A program made the translations under genes and the position numbers. 64,000 nt of DNA, taken from Antedon mediterranea (Eukaryota; Animalia; Echinodermata). The stretch covers positions 18,228,001 to 18,292,000 of the forward strand of contig NC_092671.1 of assembly GCF_964355755.1 (NCBI RefSeq), written 5' to 3'. The notes under the pieces are model-generated. The model did no database searches, was not told the DNA's origin, and saw only the letters and a program-made list of their open reading frames with translations. Shown piece after piece: positions 16,106 to 30,200 of the stretch. Within the stretch, counting starts at the first letter, position 1; every line of letters begins with the position of its first letter.

Positions 16106-16287
16106 ATAGTTCACTATGTCGGTCGGTTGGTCTGTCGATCTGTCTGTCGGTCCGGTATCACTATGCGTTTTATCGCTTTTCTGTACTTTTTGAACTGTTT
16201 TGATGTACAGAAAAGTTTTAAAGTACATTACTTTTTGAAAGTTCATTTTTTTCTGAGAGCACGCGACTTATGGTTGTTGGCCTTGTT
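16106..16287 (+). mobile_element. Short, deleted copy of HINE family 1 in the opposite orientation
   Basis: atagttcactatgtcggtcgg...(GTCK)n...agcacgcgactta..ttggccttgtt is the reverse complement of the ends of 6899-7725. Confidence 0.75.
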
Positions 16288-19200
16288 ATATTATAAATAC
16301 AAGTTTGTTCATAATAATAAAAATCGACATTAATATAACCAGTAAATTTCATGGTTAATGAAATGTGTAAACATATTCAAACATCCAGTGGCTACACGCG
16401 CGCTTGTTTGCATACCCTCAGGCCTATGTTTATTTTGCTTATTAATATACACGAGGTTGGTTTCAACCCACTTATTGGCAATAGCGTAGATTTGAATGTA
16501 CTAGATGCATTTATTTGTTTATGCAGGAATATACAATACAATTGTATAATTATTATAGTCCCTCTATAATAATGATTAATCAATCAATCAATTGGCGGTA
16601 AACAAAATCACAGATAGATTTGAATCATTGCTTAATCGACCATATCAACCTATCCATCAATCTACCGATCTTTCAATTTAATCATCACCCTATTTAAAGC
16701 AATCAAGGAAACGATCAATCAATCGATCAATTAAACTACTTCTCATCAATAATCAATTAAGCTGCTGCTCATCAATAATCGATCGCAGGCTACTGATAAT
16801 CGGTAGAGAACGTGTTAAACTTACTTTCTGAAGGCCTACTTACCGACAACTACTTATGAAAGTATCGCTACAACCCTGATATGGGAGGGGGTGGTGGAAG
16901 CGGGCTACCATGGTAGTGACGCGTGATGGTTGGTTTGTACAGGTGGTAGTTAGAGGACTGGAATATCATGCTTGTGTTGTAACTTAACTTGGAAAACATG
17001 TATAGTACATAAGCAACTACCTGCAGCAATTGAATTATAATAATGATATCTAAAATAATAAATATTTCTTACCATTGAAATACTAGAAAGTAATATTCCA
17101 GTAACAGACACTATCCACTTCATTTTAAATTCCATATTAAGGTTCCAATACAAAACAAAAACAAACACTGTATTGTCACACGTACACAGTAAAGTACAGA
17201 ATGCCAAAATACTACTTCACCAATCGGATTATCCTGAGTTCAGGGCTAAACAGTAAATTATCCATAAGTGTCCGGTCTATGAAGTATCACTGTCAATTTA
17301 ATAGTATTCATTCCCGGATGAGGTGTTCGGTGATGATCCCAGGATTGATATAATCCTATCTGGTCACTTTACTTTAGTCCTGTAATGAATCAATATCCCC
17401 AGTTCAGCGAAGTCGCAATGACAAATGTACAATGTCAAGGAAAGCACAAATAAGTCGTCATTGAATATTACATGTTACTAATATCTGCATAACCAAAATA
17501 ACACGGCTGGTAACAATACTTGGCAATCTGGATGATACAAGAACGCTTGAATCGTTTCTGTAAATTCCCGAAACAAAATAAAGTATTAGGTATACGTCTT
17601 ATAAACAGGGCTTCTGACCCGTAGCACAGGAAAGTGAGCCTACACCAACCGTGTCTATCTGAGCATACAGGGTAAGCAATAGAATTAAGTACAGTCAAAC
17701 TTGTATTATGGTTAACGCCCTCTGTAGTTGAATATATAATCAAACTTTTTTTGACGATTACAGTAAGACTAGATTTTCCCGAATTCATTGTCTTTCTTTT
17801 ATTTTAGTCCCTCGTTCGACGTTTTGAATTTTGTCTGGGTTGCACTAAGTCTGTATTTATTGTCTTTTAAAAAAAAATGTTAGTCCACCATTCGACGTTT
17901 CGATATTTGTTTGAGCATCAAGTATTATACGCATGAAACGTCATATGGACCAAAATATTTATTTTTTACAAATATTTATTCGAAACACAGTACTATACTA
18001 CAGTAAGACCGAAATAAGCAAGCCTCGAGAGTTCCACAATTAGACGGAGTTACGTAATCGACAAAACAATCTGACTAATTAACACGGTATCTTTCATTAC
18101 TTTTGTTGGAATAATAAATATATACGGCAGAAAAATAAGAACACAATCGGAAACGTTTAAATGGTAGGCCCTGGCCTGCATCTACTGATAGTATCTGTGA
18201 CAGATGTATGATCTGACAAATATATGTTTAATATAGTATGTATTTTATTATTACTTTCAATGCTGTTCACATGTTCGAGCTTATAATATCATACATACAT
18301 AATACCTTTTGTCTTTTAATAGTATGTATAGGCCTACCAAATGTCGAACGTGCGCTATTATAATATTGAAATTACGGTCTTGTGGTTAACGCCCTCTTTT
18401 GGTTTTTATTACGTTTAAAGTTGTCTGTCTGCTGATTATGTGCCTTTTGTGCCAACTGAAGCATTTTCATTAGAATACAGTACTTACTTACTTGAGCAAT
18501 CTAGTAGTGTGATGGCGCTAGTTATAATCCGGTATGCTTGATTAATATTTATGAATGACGTAATGTATAACCCAACTCTTGCCATCACCAAAATTTTATT
18601 AAATAATGACAGTTACCATGTATTTACACAGCTATAACACACAGCTATAATATAATTATATCTCAGAGGTTGATCATCTATACATACACTAGGTGTAAAT
18701 CAAAGTAGGATCATACTGGTGATCTTGTAGAAACTTTTAGTCTGCAAATTGATTTACCGTTTTAGGAAACATCAGCTAAATATACTACTTGACTCCATTT
18801 TTGTAAACGGGAAATATACGTTTTGCATAACTTTTAATAGATTCAATTGAAACGAAAACAAAACATATTAAATTCACATAATATAAAGAGGTTAGAATAA
18901 TTATAAAAGAACAGTTGTATTTAACAATAACTTATTTTACTGCAGCATTTAAAATGTAAATAGTACATGAAAATGAATTACCTATATTCTTCAATATAAT
19001 TAAAAAAAAATACTACACATTTTACAGTATACAGTAAAACCTGCAACAACATTTGAAAGCTTGTCAAACGTGTATTAACTACCATTGTTAACTAAATATT
19101 ATACATAAATATCAAAACCTGAAAATTATTTCAAAATATAACAAAATAAAAACATATTACTGCTATACTATATTAAATCAGGGAAAGATTTCACTCTTCC

Positions 19201-20885
19201 CTGATTCAATAATCCATCATCTTTCTAATGCAAGTTCTTGTTAAATTTAATGAGGGCGCTATATAAATATATACTTTATGAGAACAAACCAAATATGATA
19301 TGCCAGAATGATTAATAATTTAAGAAACTGGCCTCATGAAATTTAAGCCTTAGCAGCCTATGTTATATAACACTATGTTCTTGCAGTGGTCAGATCAATA
19401 CAATATTGATTTAACAAAAAGGACAAAATGTACATTTTGTTGTCAGAATTAAGAGATTGTTGGCACAGCAGTCTATATGTCATTAGAGTACCTACAATTC
19501 AACAGAAAGAACAATACTGTTTGTTGTCGTCAGAATAAAGGGATTGTTGGCATAGGCGAAAGTTCAGGCTAGACATTATAATAGTTAGGCCCCTGTTGTT
19601 GAGGCCTATTAAATACTCCTTCGCCTAGCGTGGCATGTTGATAATGTTACTCTGGGCCTAGGCAGCCAAGCACCAAGCAACACGTACCTGCGCTTCGCTC
19701 AAATTTACCGCAGTCATATTTTGGACGGCGCCCTCAATATTTCGTTGCCATGCGAAACAGATTTTTACTGGCTTACGAAAAAAAGAATACATGTGCGTGA
19801 CGTACGTATCCGTTTTCATTATCGTATTCGTAAGGTTGCGAAAACTCCCTATTCTCCCCCAAAAACATGAAAAATGAAGATTAATTAAATCAGACTTTGA
19901 ATATGTTATTTTGTAGTTTAATAAAGTTAATCACTTCCATAGAAAAAAAAAACGAAAACAATAATGTTTTCACTTGTAAAATGATAAAATAAATGGTTAA
20001 ATTCAATCAAAAATACATTGCCAATTTGACTATTTTAATGTTGAATTTATTTATTGTTTCTGTTGCCTGGATAATGAAGTGTTTCTTCGAAATATCAGAC
20101 TAAATATTTTGGCAAATTTAAGCCTAATACAAGTCAAATTAGCAATTGTAGGCCTATCTATCTCTTGTATGTTAACAGAAGTGAAAACTCATGAGATAGA
20201 TTTTGCCATGCGGTGTCACAGCAATTTACGGTGACGAGTGTACGGCGAGCGCGCGCGGCAATATCGTAAATTTTTCGATTGTTATGAAATCATATGTACA
20301 TCCTTAATACGTTGTTAAATATGGTTCTCGGTCAAGTTGTCCTTTAATATAAACACAATCTTATAATAGTATAAACACATTGTGTACTTGCATTCACATG
20401 CAAAAAAAAAAAAAAAAAAATGTTAAAGTAAAACGAAAACTTTAGAACGATTTATCGCAGCTATACGAAAACGGACTTTTGTAGAAAGTAAATTAAAAAA
20501 ACAAGTTTATTGTCACATGGGAGTATCTCAAAGAAAAAAATACAAAGCAACAACATTAAATTTCAGAAATTTCTTACAACTTATTTTAAAGTATAATTAT
20601 TATTACTTTACTGCAGGCTAATCGTATCGCAAGACATCGGAGGTGAATAACGATAAATCACAATTTCGTAACTCGTCTGTCTATTAATTCATTTTTATAA
20701 GAATATAGATTCTATTTATAAATCAATAATCAATTTTATTGTACTTTTATATATTTAATTTCATTAATAAATAGCATTTGGAAAAAGAAATTAATTCATT
20801 AAATAAATGAAAGATACCCAAAAAACCTGAAAAATAAAGATTAATAAAATTAGACCTTGAAATCGAGTTCGAACAATACCATGAA

Positions 20886-21006
20886 AGCTCCAGTGGTCTA
20901 ATGGTTAGGACATCTGCATATCAAGCAGGCGGTCCGAGTTCGAATTAATTAATTAAATTTCAGTATATCACCGGGCGGTTTAGAATTAATGTTCTTTGCC
21001 TGTTGT
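20886..21006 (+). mobile_element. tRNA-headed SINE-like element ending at a TA tract
   Basis: gctccagTGGTCTAATGGttagg (A box) ... ccgaGTTCGAAT (B box); no 3' acceptor strand, so not a functional tRNA. Confidence 0.55.
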
Positions 21007-21089
21007 GTATATATACAGTATAAACAAATCAGGCAAAGAACATTAATTCTAAACCGCCCGGTGATATACTGAAATTTAATTAATTAATT
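20943..21089. repeat. Perfect 60-bp inverted repeat (20943-21002 / 21030-21089) with a 27-nt TA-containing spacer
   Basis: The arms are exact reverse complements when read directly. Confidence 0.95.
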
Positions 21090-21156
21090 TGAAACGATAA
21101 AGATGAGGAAATATGTGAGAATGAGAAAAAGTCGCCCCAATATATATATATATATA

Positions 21157-21391
<235 letters not shown>

Positions 21392-22230
21392 TTCTTCTTC
21401 TAAATATCCCATTATATTTGAATGGTAATATTTTAAATAATTTACTTTCAAATATTAATTTTAAAATATTTAAAGTTATTATTTTAAATTAGGGCAGACA
21501 AAAAGTGTTCCCCCTTGTTTACATTTATGTATGGATGAAAGACCATTCTCTCTTCGATGGCCCAGGATATCTGTTACCTGATTGTGTTGTATAGAAAATA
21601 GCCGAAAAAAATAATATAATTGTGTTTTTCTATTAGCAAAATGCAATACAAAAAGGTACAACAACCATGACAAATTATTTTCTAAAAATAACTGTTACGG
21701 AATCTATTGGTACGAGAGATGATGAACCGTAAATAATTATTCTAACGGACTTTTTTCATATTTTTGTAATACTTTAAACTTTATCCAAATGTTATGAATT
21801 ATTGTGAACAATTCTTTCTGAGATATTTATAGATTTGTCATGTTTCAAACCTTGTAGGCTATGCAAAAATCGAGTTGTTCTTACGGAACTTGCGCATTGC
21901 ATGTTGTCAAATAGCTTTTAAGTTAATATGCCGTTTACGTGCTCCTGCGAAAGCTCCATATTAACTATAATCATAGAAACATAGAGTTTGGGCCGCGCGC
22001 GTTATAATGTATACTGTAGTATAAATTAAAAAGAGAAGATAATGTTACTTGAAAAATAACAATTACGTATGTTTTAAAAACAGAAGTGTTACTTTTGTTA
22101 ACATTACAACAGCTTAAACGTACCGTACCGTAGATAACAAAATAGTACAGTATCACCAAGATAAAATCGTATTTAGCAACAATTACAATTTCTTATACCT
22201 TTCGCCCAATCAGCTAAGTTAGGTTATGGT

Positions 22231-22246
22231 TATAATAATAATAATA

Positions 22247-22301
<55 letters not shown>

Positions 22302-22850
22302 GGATGACGATAACGATGACGATGACGACGACGACGATGACGATGCCGATGATGATGACGATAATATTGATGACGATAATGATGATGACGATAATAATGA
22401 TGACGATAATAATGATGACGATAATAATTATGATGATAATAATGATGATGATAATAATGATGATGATAATAATGATGATGATAATTATGATGATGATGAT
22501 GATGATAATAATGATGATGATGATGATGATAATAATGATGATGAATATAATAATGATGATGATAATAATACTGATGATAATAATAATAATAATGATAATA
22601 ATGATGATGATGATGATAATTATGATGATGATAATGATGATAATAATGATGATGATGATAATAATGATGATGAATATAATAATGATGATGATAATAATAA
22701 TGATGATAATAATAATGATGATGATAATAATGATGATGATAATAATGATGATAATAATAATGATGATAATAATAATGATGATAATAATAATAATAATAAT
22801 AATGATGACGATGACGATGACGATGATGACGATAATGACGATGATGACCA
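22231..22850. repeat. Compound trinucleotide microsatellite (ATA/ATG/ACG)n, ~620 bp
   Basis: Direct observation; the source of the poly-Ile and poly-Met ORFs. Confidence 0.98.
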
Positions 22851-23143
22851 AGATCATTATTATAAAATACAAAAATAATAAACTAAGTAGTACAAATTAA
22901 TTAAAAACAAAACAAATAATATTTTGAGATCAAACGTTTGGTGAGTTCGGCTATCATGGATAGGTTTTGAAATAGTATTGTCATCTGCAAATTGAAAAAT
23001 TGAAGATTCTATACCATATTCAAGATCACTCACATACAATAGAAACAAAAAGAGGCCCAAGAACTGACCACTGGGGTGTCACTGATATTACATTCTTCCA
23101 ATGCGATACTTCACCACTATAGATAACTCTTTGTTTTCTTTTC
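22851..23143 (-). mobile_element. Internally deleted inverted copy of the CR1-type LINE at 25745-27738
   Basis: Three joined pieces match that LINE's 3' UTR (~27555-27623), ORF end (~27437-27471) and RT core (YVxDLEYGIESSIFQFADDNTIS, ~26515-26700). Confidence 0.9.
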
Positions 23144-24811
23144 AGGTTGTATTGATAAATAAATTTAAAAATGACAGTAAAAAGTGTTATGTACTGTTCA
23201 CCCACTTGAATGATTAATTAACCTTTTTGTTGATTATTTTAACATAATTAAGGTACGGTAATACGGTAAATTGTCGCGCTTTTATGTTTTTTCTTTCAAC
23301 CCTGAAATCGTTAATTTAGCCTGGTGATATCAATATCCTACTGAGTCGATACGTCTATAAGTCAATAGTTATGTTTGTATAACCGCACTTTTCTATTCAC
23401 GACATCTGATTGGTAAGTTATGGTATAGTTTTAAAATATAATTATTACCTAATATTGTGGAATAGTCTATGTTTAGATTGCGCATGTCTGAATTCAATCG
23501 ATCTAATCGTTACGTAGACCTGCAGTGGATGTACAAAGAAACATTTAAAGTATGTTTGGGAATAATTTTCTGGTATATCTTGAAAGCACTGATGATAATA
23601 TGCTCGTTTCTTAGAGGTCTAAATAACGGTGAACTGTACTTGTGCATTCGTTTCGCTTTGAACGGATTTTTATGTGGTGGTATTGTATACGAAACAAATA
23701 TTTACCGGGGTTTTTAAAAGGGTAAGGTTTAAAATACTAGTTTATATTGCTCGAATTCATCAGTGAAATGTAGTTTAGTTTCCAAATCGTCTTTGTCTAT
23801 AATAATTATTTGAACCATGCCCATTACACCAGTCAATATCTGTATAGTGTAGCGCTCTTATTTGCGCGATATAATCGTTTTTCTTTTCTTGCTATGTTAA
23901 TAAGTATACTTTTTATATTTTTCATTTAAATAATATAGAGAATAATGAATGTTATGAGTTGATTGATGACAATATTTCATGAGTTGAAAGATATTTCTAT
24001 TTAACGGCAGAGCCCTGTTAAATAGAATGAACGAAATAATAATGATTTATATTAAATGTTTCAGCTTGTGTATGTGTGCAAACGAGGTTGTAGCTATTAT
24101 GCGTTCGAAAACCAACCCGAGCGTTGTAGTTTACTTTAGAGCAAAAGGTGTTTTATATTCGTTTAATAGAGAGAATAATCTTATTCTTTGTAAACCTTAT
24201 TGTCTTATGTAACTCAGTATTTTAAAATTATCATGTATTATATCATAGGAACGACAATTAAATTGTCTTTCCTATGACCAACTTCGTTATTCGGATCTAG
24301 AGCACGATTACTTCAGCATAATCAACTAGATAATCACAATGTTGATTTCTTCTTTTAACATTGATTGTGTCTCGTTATTGACTTGCCCTAGACCTTAAAA
24401 AATCCACATTCTTTAAGAATATGCAATATTATTGAATCTTTTTCTCAATTTCTTACGTCAGATATCAAACGTTATTGGCTTAATCTAAATTTACACTTTC
24501 ACAGAACGGAAGAGGTTTGTTAAATGATGTAAACTCAATTGTAAGCAACCAACTTTCTAAAACGACGAAACATCCTAAGCAACCAGCTTCTCATAATAAT
24601 CTCATAATCTCCCGTCACAATGACCTCTGGTAATTAGTGACCATCTCTATTGAACGCTTCTCATAATTAACCACCTCTCGTAAGTGACCTCTTCTCATAA
24701 TCGACCACTTCTCGTGAGTATCATCTTCTCTCTTCCAAAACTTATTTTCTATGTATGCTTGACGGTTTCCGCTTTCGTATAATTCGCGACAAAAATTGTC
24801 TTTAATCGTTA

Positions 24812-27800
24812 TTGGTTATCCGCACTTGGCGGATAACCGCTTGTTATTGTCAAGATCTTATTTTTTCTATCTTATTTTTCTTTCTTTCTACGATTTTTGT
24901 TGCAGCTCTATCTCTAATTCTTGTCAACATAAAATGGTATAACTTTGTCAGAGGATTGACCCTAACTGCAGATGTGCAGGAAACTATGTTATATGATGTA
25001 AAAGTCATGTAGCGTAAGTTACACAGGATTTTATGAAATTTTATGGTTGATCATAAATTCTGAACCAAATTCTTGCCATGAAACTTTACAGAAGTATACT
25101 TCATGATACGAAGAAATTTATATTTTATTAAAATAGCGTTTCACGCAAAAATATATTTAAAATCATTTTCGCATACATTTCAGGTCATTTTGAGCATTTT
25201 ACATTTGTTCGCGTTTTCCGCACGCACTTTTTAAAAACCTTATTATGTTTCATTGTTGTTATTGATTTTTTGTTTCTATCTTTTCTGCTTTTGAAGGAAA
25301 TAAATGTTTATTTGATTTGATTTGAAGGGTAAAAAAATTGCAATTGGGTAGATTTCATTCATTTTGATGAACATTGCACGTGCACTAAAATGGGTAATGT
25401 AATGCAAATTTGGGCAAAAATATGAATATTTTTAATCGGTTATAGTCCCTCAGGATGACTGGTGAACCTCTCTTTTTGAAATTTATAATGAAAGCTGATG
25501 AGTTTTAGATATCAATTCAATGTAAAATTTGTATCGACCGGATGTTCTGACGTCACCAAAAGGCCACTCGAATTTTTAAAATATGATTTTTATTTTTTTG
25601 TAATAGTTGACCCAATTTAATAGAGAATGTCGTGCGTATGCAATTTTCTCCTATAAGTTGTAATATGTTCTTTCTCAATCAATTCTCTTTAACATGCGTA
25701 CACAAAATTTAAATTGGTATTACGTTATCATATTAAACAAAAATTAGGATAATAATAATTTCATTTGTACAGTATATTTCAATATGTTATAGCTCCTCAG
25801 AATAAAAAGTGACCCACATGATAAAAACTTATTAAGGAAGCTGTTGAATTGTATATAAATTCTAGTAATTTCAGTAATAATGATGATGGTGGTAATGATG
25901 ACTTGCTCTGCAACTCTGATATTATCCCTTAGCATTATATGGAACTTGAGAAATTTAATGTGATGGAAGTTTATCAGGCATTAAACTATTTAATTGTTTC
26001 AAAATCTCCAGGACCTGATAATTTATTTCCCATATTTCTAAAGGTTTGTAGGGCAGAACTAGCACGATTGTTGTGCGACTTTTTTAACTTATCTTTAGAA
26101 AAAGGCATTTTACCAAAACAGTGGAAAACTGCTAATGTTGTACCTGTTTTCAAAAAGCATGGAAAACCTAAAGGTGATTTTAAGAGTTACAGACCTGTGT
26201 CTTTAACACCCATTGTTTGTAAAATTATGGAGAAACTTGTGTGTACTCGAATCAATAATTTCTTAGAGGCTAATAGTATATTATCAGATAATCAGTTTGG
26301 TTTTAGACATGCTTATAGTACTGAATTGTTACTCACTAAGGCGTTTCATTCATGGGCTCAAAGTTTAGATGCAAAAAATTGTAAGCAAGTAGATGTAATT
26401 TTCTTAGATTTTTCATCTGCTTTTGATAAAGTACCCCATAATCGTCTGATTAAAAAACTTAACAATATTGGCTTAAACAAAGGTTTAAATAAATGGATCC
26501 AGGATTTTCTTTTAAATAGAAAACAAAGAGTTATCTATAGAGGTGAAATATCGCATTGGAAGAATGTAATATCAGGGGTACCCCAGGGGTCAGTTCTTGG
26601 CCCTCTTTTGCTTCTATTGTATGTGAAGGATCTTGAATATGGTATAGAATCTTCAATTTTTCAATTTGCAGATGACAATACCATTTCAAGACCTATTCAT
26701 GAATTAGAAGACTGTATAAAGTTACAGAGTGATTTAAATAAGATTTATGAATGGTCAGTTTTAAATAAACTACCATTAAATGCATCAAAATGTGCAGCAA
26801 TGAGTTTATCCAGGTGTAAAGATCCCATCATATTTGCTTACGATATCAATTCCGATTCAACGAAAAGAGTCCATGAATTCAAACTACTTGGTGTATATAT
26901 CAACAGTAAATTAACATGCCACTCTCATGTAGATTATGTTTGTAGTAAGGCAAGCAAACTTCTTGGTTTTGTTTCAAGATGTAGTAAAGCAATGTCTTGG
27001 ATGGCAATGCTAAATCTTTACAAAGCACTAATACTAGCTGTTGTGACTTACTGTTGTTGTATGTGGGCACCTACTGAAATATCTCATATGTATAGACTTG
27101 GAAGGGTTCAGAGAAAGGCCACTAGAATAATTATGTACAGAAAAGAAGGAAATTGGGACACTTCATATTTATATAGGTTAAAGACCCTAAATATTTTAAG
27201 TATTGAAGATATATTTAAAGTGTATAGACTCACATTAGGTTTTAAAATAATGCATGGCCTCTGTCCATCATCCTTTAATGAGTTTGTGAGATCAAGTGAG
27301 AGGTGTGAAGGGCGGTTAATACATTGGAAGGCAAAGACGAATACATTTTTAAATTCATCGTTTGTTATTTTCCCTAGATTATGGGAGCAACTTCCCAATG
27401 AAATTAAACAATGTGCTACAATTTCAGACTTTAAAGCCCAACTCATCAAACATTTGATCTCAAAATATTAAGTTGTACTGTAGGCCTAATTGTTTATATT
27501 GTTTATTCAATGCAGCTTATTTTTAATTGGTGTATCTCATTATAACTTTGTTTTGTTTTGTTTTATTTTGACTTAATTTGTGCTACTTAGTTTTGTTATT
27601 TTTGTATTTTATAAGTAATGATGGAGTAAGAGCAGTTTTCTGTTTGGGCTCATGCCTATTACTTGCTCCTGGCAAGATGAATTGTAAAATGTACTTTATG
27701 AACTTTTGCCGAATAAATATTATTATTATTATTATTATAAAATGTTGCCTCGGATGTCATGACGTCATCATATGGCCAGTTGAATTAAAAGAGTATTTTT

Positions 27801-28150
27801 TCATCTCTTTTGTAATCACACCGCGTTTAAAATAGCGCGCATTTCTTTTCTACATGTATACGATTATATTCTAGTTTAATATGATCTGGTTCAGACAATC
27901 ATCTTCAAATTTCTATCTTCAAACTTCATTTTGATGAAAATTTGATTAAAAGATGGGTCTCATTTCATCTATATGCTACACTATATAACATAATAATACA
28001 GTGTTTTCTTATTATGCTTTATGACACAGGTACAATTCATCACTGTAAACATATTTAATTCATGTTATAGGATGGTATATTCATTTTCAGCGTTCATATT
28101 TTAACGTATGTGCATGCTGCGTTTGCGCGGATAACCCGAATGTTTTGTTT
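24812..28150 (+). mobile_element. HINE-like non-autonomous element, family 2, interrupted by a LINE
   Basis: 5' hairpin ggttatccgc-acttg-gcggataacc (24814-24838) followed by a CT-rich tract; matching subterminal gcggataacc at 28127-28136 before a T-run. Confidence 0.55.
25745..27738 (+). mobile_element. 5'-truncated CR1-clade LINE; RT ORF 25939-27471 (510 aa), 3' UTR, AATAAA and (TAT)n tail
   Basis: RT motifs KSPGPD, WKTANVVPVFKK, YRPVSLT, QFGFR, DFSSAFDKVPH, GVPQGSVLGP, FADD. No endonuclease domain; in-frame TAG just upstream; tail at ~27718-27738; possible AAAAT TSD. Confidence 0.95.
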
Positions 28151-29886
28151 TTACCATGCACTGTATGTTTGTCTCTATAGCCTGTGGCCTTATTTATCAT
28201 GCACATAGGCTAGGAGAAACACAATTAAATATCCTATCTAAATTACAATTTAAAGGAAATCTTACTTAAAGATACTAGACCTACGTTTTTTTTACCTAAT
28301 TTAAGGACAAACACATCATTTTATTTTAAAATAAATACTATATGGACCTATTGCGATATTTTGTTCTTCTTTAAACAGTTAAAATGTAAAAAATATATCG
28401 ATTCTAAAAATTTTAGCGGCCCAATATAAATTGCAACATGCATCGCGCGTGGATTGATATTTTCATATTGCGATGCACCCACTTTTACCGATCGCGTGAA
28501 GAATAAACAAATAACCAGGTCTTTCAATTTTAATTAACGGATTCTGCAGATTGCAAATTGAAAAAAATTAATTCAGCAACGAGAAAACGTCAGACTAGGT
28601 CTATAGCTAGCGTACGATGTTCGTGCATTACCGTTCTTTATCAGCTAGGCCTACAAAACTAGGCCTAACTAAGCTTGGCCTATAAACGTTTACTACCTAC
28701 GAGCTACTTAGGTATTGCGTTCTTTTTCTCTTTTTATCATAATTACCCTTAGAACGCACATTTAAGACAAGAAATGACCTGGTTTAATGTTTTCAAAGTC
28801 ATATATGTGCATTATTTTTACAAAACGTCAAACATTGCAGGTCTAATGTAATATGAAATACTTCACTCTTGTAGTATGATTGTTGAATACGGACACTGTT
28901 TTCATGAATCTTGGTCATAGTGATAGATGACCCAAAATCCAACCGGAGTTGAAAGGGCATGGTCAAAGGCTTTGTTCTCAAGCAACTAAACATTCCTGCA
29001 TTTTTAGAGCCTACATTTAGAGTCTTCCTAATCCATCATCTAGGGTTATCATTTTGAAGTTGCAATGTCAATGTTAAATGTCACAAAAAGCAACTATTTG
29101 ACATTTCTTTAAAATAACAAATAAAGTTTGAAAACAAAATACATAAAATCACACCGTCTATAGCAGGTGAACCAGTTTTTCAATCATTGAAGATGAATAT
29201 ACTCGTTACACCAAATTCACATCAAGTTGTTAGGCTTAGTTACATTACCACTTTTTATGTAGGAAAATTATAATCGAGGCAGATATAATTTATGCACTTT
29301 CTCTTTTTTATTGTCAGAATCTTCTTTATACTATACTATATAACTATACTATCAATAAAATCCATTGATTGACTTTAGATAACAAAAAAGTGTGTCCAAT
29401 ATCATTACATTTATACATGAATAGATCTTTATATACAGTTGATATGATTAGGCTATCTATTATACTCTCTTTGTTACAAGAGAATGACATTTGAAAGAAC
29501 ACTTTTTAATGCCTTTTTAATCACTTAATATCCACCTTGGAATAATAAAAATGATCAGAACCTATACTGTGAAAAAATTCAATAAGAATTCACTCAAGCT
29601 CAGCAATAAAAAGTAATTATGTATATTTAATTACTTAACTCAATGATCTTTGTTGTATCCACAATTGATTGGTTAATATTTGTATTCTAGGACTGAATAC
29701 TGTACAGTTATTGTATTGCTGATATCAAATTCTTGTGTATTTTCAGCAGCAAAATTAAAACAAATTTACACACAGTAAGTAATTTGGCCTATTATTTAGA
29801 ATAAGATCGAAAGTTATGCTACTGTACTTAATTAATAATTTGGTCAAATAAATATAATATAACCAATAGCAATACCGTAATTCAAC

Positions 29887-29978
29887 AACAAGGCCATATA
29901 CATGGCTACAGTCGCGTGCTCAAGTTAGTGTTTACCGACCAACCGACCGACCAACCGACCGACATAGTGAGCTGCAGA
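29887..29978 (-). mobile_element. Short HINE family 1 copy
   Basis: aacaaggcc..atggctacagtcgcgtgctcaagttagtgtttaccgacc...gacatagtgagctg matches the other copies. Confidence 0.75.
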
Positions 29979-29989
29979 AACTGTGGTTT

Positions 29990-30200
29990 AAAAGACCATC
30001 CATACGGTAGTTTACAACTCATAGTTTGTCTTTTACAAACCATGATTTGTCTTAAAACCATGATTTGTCTACAAACCATTATTTGTCTTTCGATAAATAT
30101 ACGAACCATAGTTTTTCTTTTACAAACCATAGGTTGTCATTTACAAACCACAGTTGTGTCTTTTTATTATTGAAAAACCATTGCTTGTCTTTTACAAACG
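29990..30200. repeat. Degenerate ~18-21-bp tandem repeat (ttacaaaccatgatttgtc)
   Basis: Visible periodicity. Confidence 0.75.

Noticed and set aside
17885-17950. Possible third hammerhead (minus strand cttgatg...gaaacgtc)
   Set aside because: The CUGANGA box and stem II are not intact.
22219-22900. 217-aa poly-Ile and 224-aa poly-Met ORFs
   Set aside because: Artefacts of the trinucleotide microsatellite.
27108-27449. Antisense ORFs over the LINE and Penelope ORFs (also 44636, 63409, and 60933 over the lectin exon)
   Set aside because: Shadow ORFs with no independent evidence.
25939-27471. RT as a retron, DGR or domesticated gene
   Set aside because: Ordinary CR1 ORF2 motifs, 5' truncation, tandem tail and a second decayed copy nearby.
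29747-29774. Possible 5' UTR exon of paralogue A; similar TATA plus donor at 43149-43266 for B
   Set aside because: Splice-like signals only; not supportable without transcript data.
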